Below are positions 1 to 9,100 of a stretch of DNA of 64,000 nt, piece after piece. Both the position numbers and the translations under genes were made by a program. Positions within the stretch are counted from its first letter, which is position 1, and the number at the start of each line of letters is the position of its first letter. The stretch lies in assembly GCA_000091205.1 (NCBI GenBank), contig AP006500.2. One strand, 5' to 3'. Source of the DNA: Cyanidioschyzon merolae. Taxonomy: Eukaryota. The notes under the pieces are model-generated. The model was given only the letters and a program-made list of their open reading frames with translations, was not told the DNA's origin and did not search any database.

Positions 1-1237
1 TGGCAGCCCAGCGCACGCCGGCGACAAAGCCGATGGAAACCACGGCATTGCACACGGTATGCGTTAGGAGCATACCCGATGAGAGTAGCGGTAAAACTGC
101 TGTAGTGAGCAATGCGTCTGTCGTTCCAAACAGTGCTGCGGCAACGAGTGAGCGTAGATGCCAGGCCAGGAGCCTCGCGACCGGCGCTCCATGAATCGCT
201 GCTGTTCGCAGCCATCGTTTTCCGTAGACAATCTCCAAAAACAGCGGAACGTAGACAGGGCCGACCACCGAAAGTAGAATCGCCAGGAGAATCGCACAAA
301 GCCGTGCGTCTTGCGCGAAACGATATGCCTCGACGAGCTGAGCTGGATCATTCTCGCTGGCGGTGCGGGCTGCCAGGACGCAGACGCTCTCCTCCAGCGG
401 AAAAAAGAAGAGCCGCAGCACCATCGACGCCAAATTTCCAGTTATCTTATAAGCTCCAATCTGCTCTGCTGTGAGGCGCGTGGAGAAAGCCAAAAACACG
501 TTCTCTGCATCGGACGCCAAAAACTTGAGCGCAGCATGGAACGACGCATGTAGCCATAGCCGTCGGCTGTCCGTATCCCGCCTCTGATCCGCTTGGCGTC
601 GTCTCTTTCGCGACCCGAGACGCCTCTGAAAACTTAGCCAGGAATGCGCCAGCACAACTACCCGGACGAAACTCTGTGCAAACCACCCCAATGCAGCGCC
701 CAGTGCATCATCGCCAGTCACATAGGCAATCGATACCGCAGATAGATGCTGCGCAAGCGCCGCAAGGCCGTCCGCTCGTGCACGCCCTGCGAGTGCCCCA
801 GCGTCGCCGTGCAACAAACACTGTACATGGAGCCATTCGCCTATGGATGCCTCTAACAGGGCTCCGGCTCCGACGAATGCGTACGCCATGTCCACGGGTC
901 CGGAGCTGATTTTCGCTGAAGCTCTCTTCCGAAACGCAGCATCATTGCCAACAAAGACGATGACACACCAGAAGATATTCATCCAAAACCAGAAGCGTCG
1001 TTGAGCGAACTCGGGGCGCTGCAACACGACGCGCCGTACTACCTCCCGGGCAGGCCAGAGTGCAACTGCGACCGACAAGCCCAGGTACACGTCCGAGAAC
1101 GCTATCGCAGCTGGCCCAAACCGGCGCGCTAAAAGCGTACGCAGTGCAAAGCTGATCACTTTGCTCAACAGGGACCAGAGGATCGTGGACCTCACGTTCG
1201 CGCTAGCCGTCTCTATGGCGACCTGGGAACCGCTCAT
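1..1237 (-). CDS. RFT1: RFT1-family oligosaccharide flippase homolog, N-terminal ~412 aa. Start ATG at 1237 (minus); the ORF runs off the window's 5' edge.
   Basis: My own minus-strand translation from 1237 down to 1 has no stop. It gives a multi-TM protein, MSGSQVAIETASANVRSTILWSLLSKVISFALRTLLARRFGP...GAYKITGNLASMVLRLFFFPLEESVCVLAARTASEND. The segment GxYxLxxNxGSLxxRLxFxPIEES matches the yeast Rft1 signature [34 protein letters not shown]. The ORF track omits it because it is truncated by the window edge. Confidence 0.65.
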   Translation of the reverse strand, partial: MSGSQVAIETASANVRSTILWSLLSKVISFALRTLLARRFGPAAIAFSDVYLGLSVAVALWPAREVVRRVVLQRPEFAQRRFWFWMNIFWCVIVFVGNDAAFRKRASAKISSGPVDMAYAFVGAGALLEASIGEWLHVQCLLHGDAGALAGRARADGLAALAQHLSAVSIAYVTGDDALGAALGWFAQSFVRVVVLAHSWLSFQRRLGSRKRRRQADQRRDTDSRRLWLHASFHAALKFLASDAENVFLAFSTRLTAEQIGAYKITGNLASMVLRLFFFPLEESVCVLAARTASENDPAQLVEAYRFAQDARLCAILLAILLSVVGPVYVPLFLEIVYGKRWLRTAAIHGAPVARLLAWHLRSLVAAALFGTTDALLTTAVLPLLSSGMLLTHTVCNAVVSIGFVAGVRWAA

Positions 1238-1863
1238 CCGGTCAGCGCTCGCGTGCCGTCTCGAGCGCTGCAACGGCTTCGGCTCTCCAGTCGTTCCCGC
1301 TTTTTCCATGGAGTACTCGCGGAAGTGGTCCTAGCGGCGACGGAAACAACGCGCGAACGATAATTCTTTCGTCTTGTCGCACTTGACGCAACAAGCTCGC
1401 TACAACCCCGCTCACGCAGTGCAAGAGACCGCTGCAGCCCGCTGCGGAACGACTCGAGAGGCTGCCAAGCCGGTGCAAAACGTCCGACCTCCAAAGCGTT
1501 CCGCCAGTGCGGAGCATCCGTTACGTTGGGTGCCTCTTCTACAGCGCAACCGGCAGAGAGACGGCTACGATGGAGGCTCCAGTGCACGTACCGCGCAACG
1601 AGGAGTGTTCCACTTTACAACGGCAGCAAGCTGCAGGATACAACACGAGAATCACAGACTGTTGCTTATGGAGCTTCAAGCGTACCGATTGTACTGGACG
1701 CTGGCCTGAATCCGCGGAGGTATTCGTGTGGGATCCGGATGCGCAACGTCGTGAATCGTTTTTCTGTGCAGACGTCCTTGCTGAGGAACAACTGGACGTA
1801 TCTACTTTCATACGTAGTGTGTCTGTATAGTCGGTACACCTCGCTCGCTGGCGTCGAAACGGT

Positions 1864-2268
1864 ATGCAGCAGTGCGAACTTGACCACGTTGCACTGAACG
1901 CCACAGACGTTGATCGACTCTTAAAGTTTTACGCTGGGCTTTTCGGCTGGTGCACTGAACGAGTGGACGAGTGGCGCGAGGGCAAGGTGCCTTTCCCGTC
2001 GCTGCGCGTGAACGCCCGCACGATCATTGACCTGTTCCCGTCTTCAGAATCAATGACGCTGAAACAGAGCTCCGACACGCATCTGAACCACTTTTGCATA
2101 GCTGTAGATCTTTCGACTTTCCGTGCTGTACAAAGCAAAGCGCAAGAACTGGGTGCTGAGGCGGCCGGCGGGCCGCGGCAACTCTGGGGAGCCCGTGGTA
2201 TGGCAGTTTCCCAGTATTACAAGGATCCCGAAGGCAACTTGTTCGAAGTTCGTTGCTATGAAGCATAA
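1864..2268 (+). CDS. VOC-superfamily protein (glyoxalase I / bleomycin-resistance fold), 134 aa
   Basis: True ATG at 1864. The N-terminus HVALNATDVDRLLKFYAGLFGW is typical of VOC beta-alpha-beta-beta-beta modules, and the C-terminal YYKDPEGNLFEV matches the DP(D/E)GNxxE motif. Confidence 0.55.
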   Translation: MQQCELDHVALNATDVDRLLKFYAGLFGWCTERVDEWREGKVPFPSLRVNARTIIDLFPSSESMTLKQSSDTHLNHFCIAVDLSTFRAVQSKAQELGAEAAGGPRQLWGARGMAVSQYYKDPEGNLFEVRCYEA

Positions 2269-3125
2269 GCTTTGGAAAGCGGGTTATGAAAGGTCACTCG
2301 CGCGGCGGCATACCGTTTCCGGGCGAGCGAAGCGCACGTCGGCAGCGCGCGACAGCCTAGCACGCTGCACAGCGCCGAGCGCGTGCCTGGAAGAGCGTCC
2401 ACTGCGCTCGGGCGTCGCTACCCAGCAATAACGTCGTAGAGGAGGCCAGCACGTGCTGCATAGTGACCGGAGCCCGTTTCCAGCAATTCTTTGCGCGAAT
2501 CGCAGCCCATGATTCATCGACTGGAGGTAGGCTTGCGTCAGCGGTCTTCCCGTTCGCAGGCGAAACTGCACTGAGCTGCTCGTTCACCTCGAACGGTCGC
2601 GTTTGGCAAGCACGGTACAATGCAGAATATTGAGGGGGACCGGTCCCGCATCCGTAAAGTGCTCACATCGATCAGCGTGCGGAACGATATTTACATCCAA
2701 TTTCACGCGATACATATCGACCACCATCATGGTTTGGCTTCTGATGCCTCCAGACCAAATCCCGTGTTCAGAGGATCGCGCTTCTTTCGACGCATGCTGG
2801 TGCACTCGCCCGAGGACAGCGGGAACAGCAAACGCATGTCGCCGCAGTGCATATACACTGGATGGACGACCACTCGCTTTCGAGCAGTCGACGCTCGCGA
2901 GTATTCAGCAAACGTCTTCATCATGACGATGTCGCAGTTCCTAGGAATACGCTGTGACACAGCGGCCGGTGTCGCGTTGGTGGCATCCCGCTCCCTTGTT
3001 GTCGCTCGTGCGTCCGCATGTGCACCGATGGACGCACCAGTGGGCGTCAACGCATTCGGGGTACCAACTGCGTAGCGACGTCACCGAAAACTTGCGAGTA
3101 GCCGAACCTTTGCTTGACGCATAGC

Positions 3126-3833
3126 CTAATATCGCTCAAAACGAGCACCAAGTAGACCAGCACCTGCCCATGGAGTCGGTACGACAACAATATCGTGCGT
3201 GGTAATCGAGCAGTCAGCTTCTGAAGTGCGCAAACCCCTCACAATCGAAAACACCACAGGTTGAGCGCGATGCTCGGACACCGTCACCGCAAGCGTCTCC
3301 CAGTCAGTACAGGAGGCGACGCGTACAACTAGGTCGCCTTCTTGGAGGCCTCCCTGGGCCGCTGGTGACCCAGCCTCTACCTGCACCACCTTTGCGAACG
3401 GTCTCAGGTTCGACTGACCCAGACTCGTCCCAGTCCATTCTGAGCGTTGTGCTGGCTGGTTGTCTCCGGGGCGGTGTTCCCGGCTCGAGGCAGTCCGCAC
3501 TGCTGGTGCGCTCTCAACAACTCGTGACACAGACGCGGTAGACCGTGCGGTTTGCGCGTGTGTTGGCCCGCTCGTCAGCACCTCCGGAAGCAGCCTTTCA
3601 ATTTCTCTCATTATCAGACGATAATCGGTTTGCAGGCACACGAGACGTTGACGATACTGGCGGATCTGGTACACATCGCAGTCCGAACGGGGGAAGCCGT
3701 CCTCGTCAACGAGTGGACCTCGCACCCCGGCAGGCGTGACTTCTAGACAGGATACCAAGCGTTCAATCTCACGCTCGATTTCTTCTTTCTGTAAAGCTAG
3801 CGCTCGTAGGCGCTGTACGCTGTCGGAGGTCAT
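3126..3833 (-). CDS. PSMD9: 26S proteasome regulatory-particle assembly chaperone PSMD9/Nas2 (coiled-coil + PDZ), 235 aa
   Basis: ATG confirmed (cat at 3831-3833). The N-terminus has a coiled coil (LRALALQKEEIEREIERL). The C-terminal PDZ segment PFAKVVQVEAGSPAAQGGLQEGDLVV aligns with human PSMD9 [25 protein letters not shown]. Confidence 0.7.
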   Translation of the reverse strand: MTSDSVQRLRALALQKEEIEREIERLVSCLEVTPAGVRGPLVDEDGFPRSDCDVYQIRQYRQRLVCLQTDYRLIMREIERLLPEVLTSGPTHAQTARSTASVSRVVESAPAVRTASSREHRPGDNQPAQRSEWTGTSLGQSNLRPFAKVVQVEAGSPAAQGGLQEGDLVVRVASCTDWETLAVTVSEHRAQPVVFSIVRGLRTSEADCSITTHDIVVVPTPWAGAGLLGARFERY

Positions 3834-4786
3834 TTTTTCGACGTCTCAGACAGGCGAACGACGGCGCGTAGCTCCAGGCGTTGCCCGGGAACCTTTACGG
3901 ACGAGGTCGTTTACGACGCTCAAAAGGTCCAAAGATCACAATCCGAAAAAAACATCGGAACTTGGTCTGAAAGAAATCTGAATAGAGCGCTGACGCTCTA
4001 TCCGACTTTTGATTAACAATAGCAACAACAACCGACCTCACGACATTGTCAAAGTCGAAACTGTCGAGCAACGGAACGCACGAAAACCGCACAACTCATC
4101 ACAGTACCTCATTCCGGCGTCTGTGCAGCATTCATAACAAGCATAGGGGATCAACGTATATTCGTACTCGATACACTACTATGCCTAGTTTGTTTACCAT
4201 CAGTAAACCTAACGAAACTCCTACTGAGTAGAGAGATGCATACCTCACCCGCACAAGCGTAACACCCTACGATGGCTACGCTTTCGACAGAAGCATCGCG
4301 AGGTATCTTGCCAGGCCCCAACATCCCCATGTATGTCAGGGCGGTACTGCGATAGGCTGTAGTCTCGGCACCAGGGAAATATCCTATCGCAGGGGATTAT
4401 TCCGTGTGAGTTTCCGATTTACGATACCTGATTTCCGCTGCAGAGCGATGCGTGCTGGTGAGAACACGCATGCGCCAATGCGGCATCGGACACGTGTCTC
4501 CTTTATGGATCGGTGTGAGCACTGCGGTCGGGCAGCGCTTCACGGGACCTGGCAGGCATGAGATACGACGCGCATGCCGCCGCCGTTGAAGAGAAACTTG
4601 ATCTTGATTTCCAGCGTATAGCCGAAATGTAAGAGTTGTATTTTCGTTAACTTCATAGCCAAGCACAGTTTTTCAGTTCATTTGTGTTTCACACCTCAAC
4701 TAAAAAATTCGATTGATATTTCGCAGTATATAACGGAGGCTTTCGAATAGCGTGCTTTTTCGAAAAAGACGCTAAAAAAGGAAAGT

Positions 4787-7112
4787 TATGGGAAAGCGAG
4801 TCGACGAGCCTTGAGGCCCAGTGTCGCCGGCTGCCTGAAAAACAAAAAACAGTGCCGAGTCAAGAAGAAAAGAAAAGAAAAAGAAGCAAAAGGGAGAGGC
4901 CCTACGTCGAAGGCTGCAATAAAGACGACAGTGCGACGAAATCGTAGTAAAACCCTGTCTTCGTAGACATATCAAGGGTCCGCACAAGGAAAAGTCGCAA
5001 GACGCCATCAGAATCCATATCGCGTCTTACTCCATGAGTATTATAAAGGCGTCGTTAGGACTAATGCATTTGGAGAAGGATACGTGTCGCAACGTGACGG
5101 ACATCAAAACAATTGACGTTCTGGAAGAATTTTTCAACAAGACCTTCACCCGCCACCTGATGCTTGGCACCGGGGAAACGTCGAGTGGAAGTGAGCGAGC
5201 GCATGCCCTCCACGAAAATCACGCCGAATACCGCTTCAGCGGTACTCGATACAGGGGCGACTTGTGTATTGACACCTGCGGGGCGGTCAGGTACTTCACG
5301 AACCTGAAGATCCATTTGACCGTGAAACTCGAATGCTTCACGATACGCGTCCTGTTTGCGCTGTACTCGGGCCTCTCGCGCACAGGAATATGGGTCATTA
5401 TCGATGGCATCACGAATGATCGCCAGCACGAACAGGAGACTGAGCTCGTCGAAGAGAAGATATCACACAGGAGAACGAATGAGGCTTCTGTCATCCGTGC
5501 GGCTATGCAAGAGCATCGTGCGGACTTGGTGCTCGCGCATCCAGCAGAAAAGGTATCAGATATGAAAAAAGATGAAGAAAGATGCTGTTCCCGAGCCCTG
5601 CGCTATTTTATGTTTTTGGGCCGGGATCTGGAACGCATGGCCGAAAAGCAGCTGAGTCGCGGAAAAATGAAGATTCGGAGAAATGGAAGGCTTTCCTAAT
5701 GGGTACGCGCTTCAACGTCGTTCCGATATGCAGCATCAACTCACATTTCGTGGCAGTCTGCTCCAGCGTCCCTCATGGCATCATGAGGGATATCTGTCAG
5801 GAGTTCGATGCAGGCAAGAAGGAGTTCATGGGCCAAAACCGGGAAACTCATTGGAAGAATATCTTCGATTTCAAACGTCTCAATACGGGCAAGAAAGGGT
5901 ATTCACGGGGACCATCGGAAGCGATGGGGCAGCCATGTGTGTCCACTACCGGCGGCTGAGGGCGGATCGACCTATCGTGCCTTCGGCTTCGCCCTCGCCG
6001 AAGCATGAAGAAAAGAAGGAGGCAGATCCTGCGACACAGGAGGTGCAGGATAACGAGCTTGTCGTTGGCTCGGCGAAGCATGAAGAAAACAACAAGGTAG
6101 ATCCTGCGACTCAGAAAGTGCAGGATAACGAGCTTGTCGTTGGCTCGGCGAAGCATGAAGAAAACAACAAGGCAGATCCTGCGACACAGGAGGTGCAGGA
6201 TAACGAGCTTGTCGTTGGCACCGACCCGGGGAACACAAATATCGTTACCATCGCTGTACCCAAGCGTGCGGAAGATGGTCCTGACGTTAGCTCACGTCAG
6301 AAAGACATGCTTCTTTTAAAGTTCTAAACATAGAAATACCATCGAGAATCGGGAATACTGAATACGAGGAAGAAAATCGAGACGTGGAATGCCGGAGTGC
6401 AAGAGCATCTGGAAGCTTTGAGCGAGCTGACGAGCCGAGGAGCGGACTTTCAGGCTTTTCGGAAATCCATGAAAGTTCGTGTTGCTCATTGGGAGGCGCT
6501 GTGGGAGGAGTATCCAAAGCCCCGGTGGGCTCGTCAGCGACTGATCTTGTGTTGTGGGAAATAGGGAGCGTTCGCCAACTTTTTCAATGCGTTCGGCGCC
6601 CTCAAAGAGGACGAGAGTCAGAGGCTCGCAATAGCGTATGGAGCAGGGCGCTGGATGACCCAAAAAGGGTGTACACAGCTCCATCGACAAGAGCGTACAA
6701 GAAGTGTGCACATCGTTTTGTCACAATACCTATAGATGAGTTCCTAACGTCCTATATGCACCATGAGCTGGGGTGCACACTTCCGAGCGTCGAGACGGAA
6801 AAGCGTCAGCGGGGCCCTGAGGATATAGCAAAGTACGGAGCGCTGACAGAGCAGCAAGTAGAAAGTAGGGCGAAAGTTCCTGGGCTACGTGCACTGGTGC
6901 GTACAACCAGTGATGGCAAGAAACGTATAGCGTTTGTCAATCGTGACTCGAACGCCGCTATCAATACCAGGAGATGTACGGTGATGGAGACGAGACCCCC
7001 GGAGTTGATACGATCCAACTTTACGGGGCAGCCTCTCAAGGTGGACTTACCCAGGGACAAGTTGGAACCAGTAGTAGGTGGCCGGTCCAAAAAGACCGGG
7101 AGGCGTCTGCAC
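4787..7112 (+). pseudogene. Fanzor/TnpB-like nuclease gene, copy A, inactivated by frameshifts and in-frame stops
   Basis: Homologous protein segments are split across ORFs 5034-5699, 5582-5959, 5683-6327 and the 5' part of 6384-7802. Stops at ...LLLKF*T*KYHRESGIL (6328-6340) and a frameshift near 6550 (LILCCGK*) are absent from copy B. The ATG at 4787 is followed by an early stop. Confidence 0.55.
5994..6210 (+). repeat. 66-bp (22-aa) tandem repeat, ~3.3 copies, inside the Fanzor-like ORF immediately N-terminal to the RuvC-I motif
   Basis: Units GAAGCATGAAGAAAACAACAAGG(C/T)AGATCCTGCGAC(A/T)CAG(G/A)A(G/A)GTGCAGGATAACGAGCTTGTCGTTGGCTCGGC start at 6004/6070/6136. The encoded unit KHEENNKADPATQEVQDNELVVGSA duplicates the strand (DNELVVG) leading into the catalytic TDPGNTN. 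Confidence 0.8.
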
Positions 7113-7202
7113 GTCAGCGTACCGACATCCACACTATCGGCGTCGTGTATATGCGTCGGTATACCTGTTTTGTCTGTGGTAGCTGAGAAGCATGGCCCGT
7201 GG

Positions 7203-7802
7203 ATGACTTTTTCGAGTCGTTTCTTTCGGCAGCTGATTCGCGGTGTCAGCTATGTGCCGGTCGTGTACGTTGTCCACGATCTTGTCGGTACGATTGTTCC
7301 CGTGAGGGGTGCGTCTATGCAACCAACCCTGAACCCAGGTGCGGCTGCAGGGGAGCTACCTCCCGGACAAGTTAGCGGCAGTCAGGATGTCGTGTTGGTT
7401 AGCCGGCTTCTCCGCGCTGTTTGGAACGTAAGGCGTGGGGATATCGTCGTTTTGCGGTCTCCCGACGCGGGACCGCAGAAGCGACTCGTGAAAAGGGTGG
7501 CCGCTCTAGAGGGGGATCGCGTTTACAACCACCGCACTGGGAAGTTTGTGGAGGTTCCACCTGGCCACTGCTGGCTCGTAGGTGACAACCGTACGGTGTC
7601 CCGTGACTCGGCTAGCCACTACGGGCCGGTTCCGCTGGGACTCCTCGAAGGACGCGCAGTGGCGGTTATCTGGCCACCACGTCGCTGGCAGGTGCTCGCG
7701 ACGTCACCAAGCACAGGTTTGTGGCTCGACACTCGGAACAGCGAGGGAGACCAACTGCCAGCCAAGAAGCAAGTGCTGGCCAAGTCGGCAACTACGAAGT
7801 GA
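7203..7802 (+). CDS. IMP2: Mitochondrial inner membrane protease subunit, IMP2-like (signal peptidase S26 family), 199 aa
   Basis: Internal ATG at 7203 of track ORF 6384-7802. The sequence RGASMQPTLNPG...RRGDIVVLRSP...KRLVKRVAALEGD...VPPGHCWLVGDNRTVSRDSASHYGPVPLGLLEGRAVAVIWPPRRWQ aligns along its length with human IMMP2L, including the catalytic Ser (SMQP) and Lys (KRV) boxes. Upstream of 7203 the same frame is the Fanzor-like 3' end, so the fusion is an artefact. Confidence 0.8.
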   Translation: MTFSSRFFRQLIRGVSYVPVVYVVHDLVGTIVPVRGASMQPTLNPGAAAGELPPGQVSGSQDVVLVSRLLRAVWNVRRGDIVVLRSPDAGPQKRLVKRVAALEGDRVYNHRTGKFVEVPPGHCWLVGDNRTVSRDSASHYGPVPLGLLEGRAVAVIWPPRRWQVLATSPSTGLWLDTRNSEGDQLPAKKQVLAKSATTK

Positions 7803-8880
7803 ATGGCTGAACGTCCGGATGGTGAGCAGAGAACGGCGCTATGGAGCAGCACCCATTTCAGAATACCATACAACGGATCCGCTCAGCGAACTCGGGCGTA
7901 GACGCTCAAGTCTGGACCGCTTCGCATTGTCATCTACAAGAGGTTTTGTGGGCGTTTTCTTCGAGTACGTCCTTTTCCTCGCTCTTGTCTCCGGTATTGT
8001 ATACGTCGAACGATGCATGTTTTCTTGTTGGGTTGCCAGTAACCGAGGCATGTCGACGGCAGCGGTAGAGTCGCGGTATCGCCTCTTCGGGCAGTTGTGG
8101 ACGCATTTCATGCCCAGGCAAAAGTTGCCATCGATGGGTCCTCTGTATTTGTATGCAACGTCGGTGCTCCGTTTGCAGCGGTGACAAACTTGGGCGTGTT
8201 CTGGCGTTCCCATGCGTCCCCAACGTACGTTCTCCCTCTCGGAAGGGCGCTTTGTGGTACCTGTACGCCAGCTCCATCACCCACCATATGGTATCGACGG
8301 GTGCAGAGGGCTTGCCCCGAGATCGTCCTCCGTTTCGGCGCCTGGTGCCGTAAACTGCGATGACGGGCTCGTTCTGGTCGATCGCCTCGGCGAGCACCAG
8401 ACGCGCTGCAAACACAAGTGCAAACGCCTCCTCTCGATGACTCAACATGCGCTGGCTTGCGCGCTCTTCGCTCCCTGAGTACGCTTTTGGCGAAACATGG
8501 CGATGATCGTGACGCGCATCGCGTTGCCGTACCTACTCGTGGGCATTGTGTGTCCACGTGCTTCACTTGTATGCGAGCGTGCAGTCACGGCTTCTGGGAC
8601 TCGCTGCTGCTTCCGTCGCTTGCTCGCTGGACGGACGTTTTTCGCGTTCATTATCTTCCGCTGATACGAAGAGTACAGGCGCGCTAGCAGAATGCACGGC
8701 TGCTGGTCCAAGTCAAGTATGCGGGCACAAAACCCGAGCAGCCATAGCTTCGCCTGTTGCCACCAGGGGTATTGGGTCTCTGTTTGGGTAAAAGAGGAGC
8801 GCAGGTGCAGGGGTCCGCACTGCATGCTCCAGGCTGGTGCAGAGTGCATTGGAGAGCATCCTCGCGAGGCGATGCATTTG

Positions 8881-9100
8881 TACGGGTCGTTGCTCGTCTG
8901 CGTAGTAGCTCGTCTGCATAGTAGCTCGTCTGGGCTGTACGGGTCGTTGCTGGTCTGCGCAGTAGCTCGTCTGGGCTGTATAGGTCATTGCTCCTCTTCG
9001 TAGTAGCTCGTCTGGGCTGTACGGGTCGTTGCTCGTCTGCATAGTAGCTCGTCTGGGCTGTTCGGGTCGTTGCTGGTCTGCGCAGTAGCTCGTCTGGGCA
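8881..9100. repeat. 41-bp minisatellite, ~5.5 copies
   Basis: Unit AGTAGCTCGTCTGGGCTGTACGGGTCGTTGCT(C/G)GTCTGC(A/G)(T/C). The period is not a multiple of 3, so three units equal one 41-aa peptide repeat, and two minus-strand frames (track ORFs 8684-9544 and 8713-9276) both stay open across it. Confidence 0.8.

Larger units (their letters stand above)
4515..7120 (+). mobile_element. Copy A of a ~2.6-kb Fanzor/TnpB-like (IS1341-style, single-ORF) element, degenerate
   Basis: Nucleotide and protein similarity to copy B runs from ~4515/4553 (GGCATGAGATACGACGCGCATGCC left-end hairpin) through the ORF to a shared 3' terminus CCGGTCCAAAAAGACCGGGAGGCGTCT at ~7085-7115. The reconstructed protein carries a RuvC-I-like motif LVVGTDPGNTNIVTIA (6211-6260) and a RuvC-III-like motif FVNRDSNAAINTRR (6935-6975). 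It is inserted 83 bp upstream of the IMP2 ATG. Confidence 0.6.

Noticed and set aside
6384-7802. Single 472-aa ORF spanning the Fanzor-like C-terminus and the IMP2 peptidase
   Set aside because: The upstream 273 codons are the decayed 3' end of mobile-element copy A, co-linear with copies B and D, plus the IMP2 promoter read in frame. The IMP2 homology starts exactly at the internal ATG at 7203.
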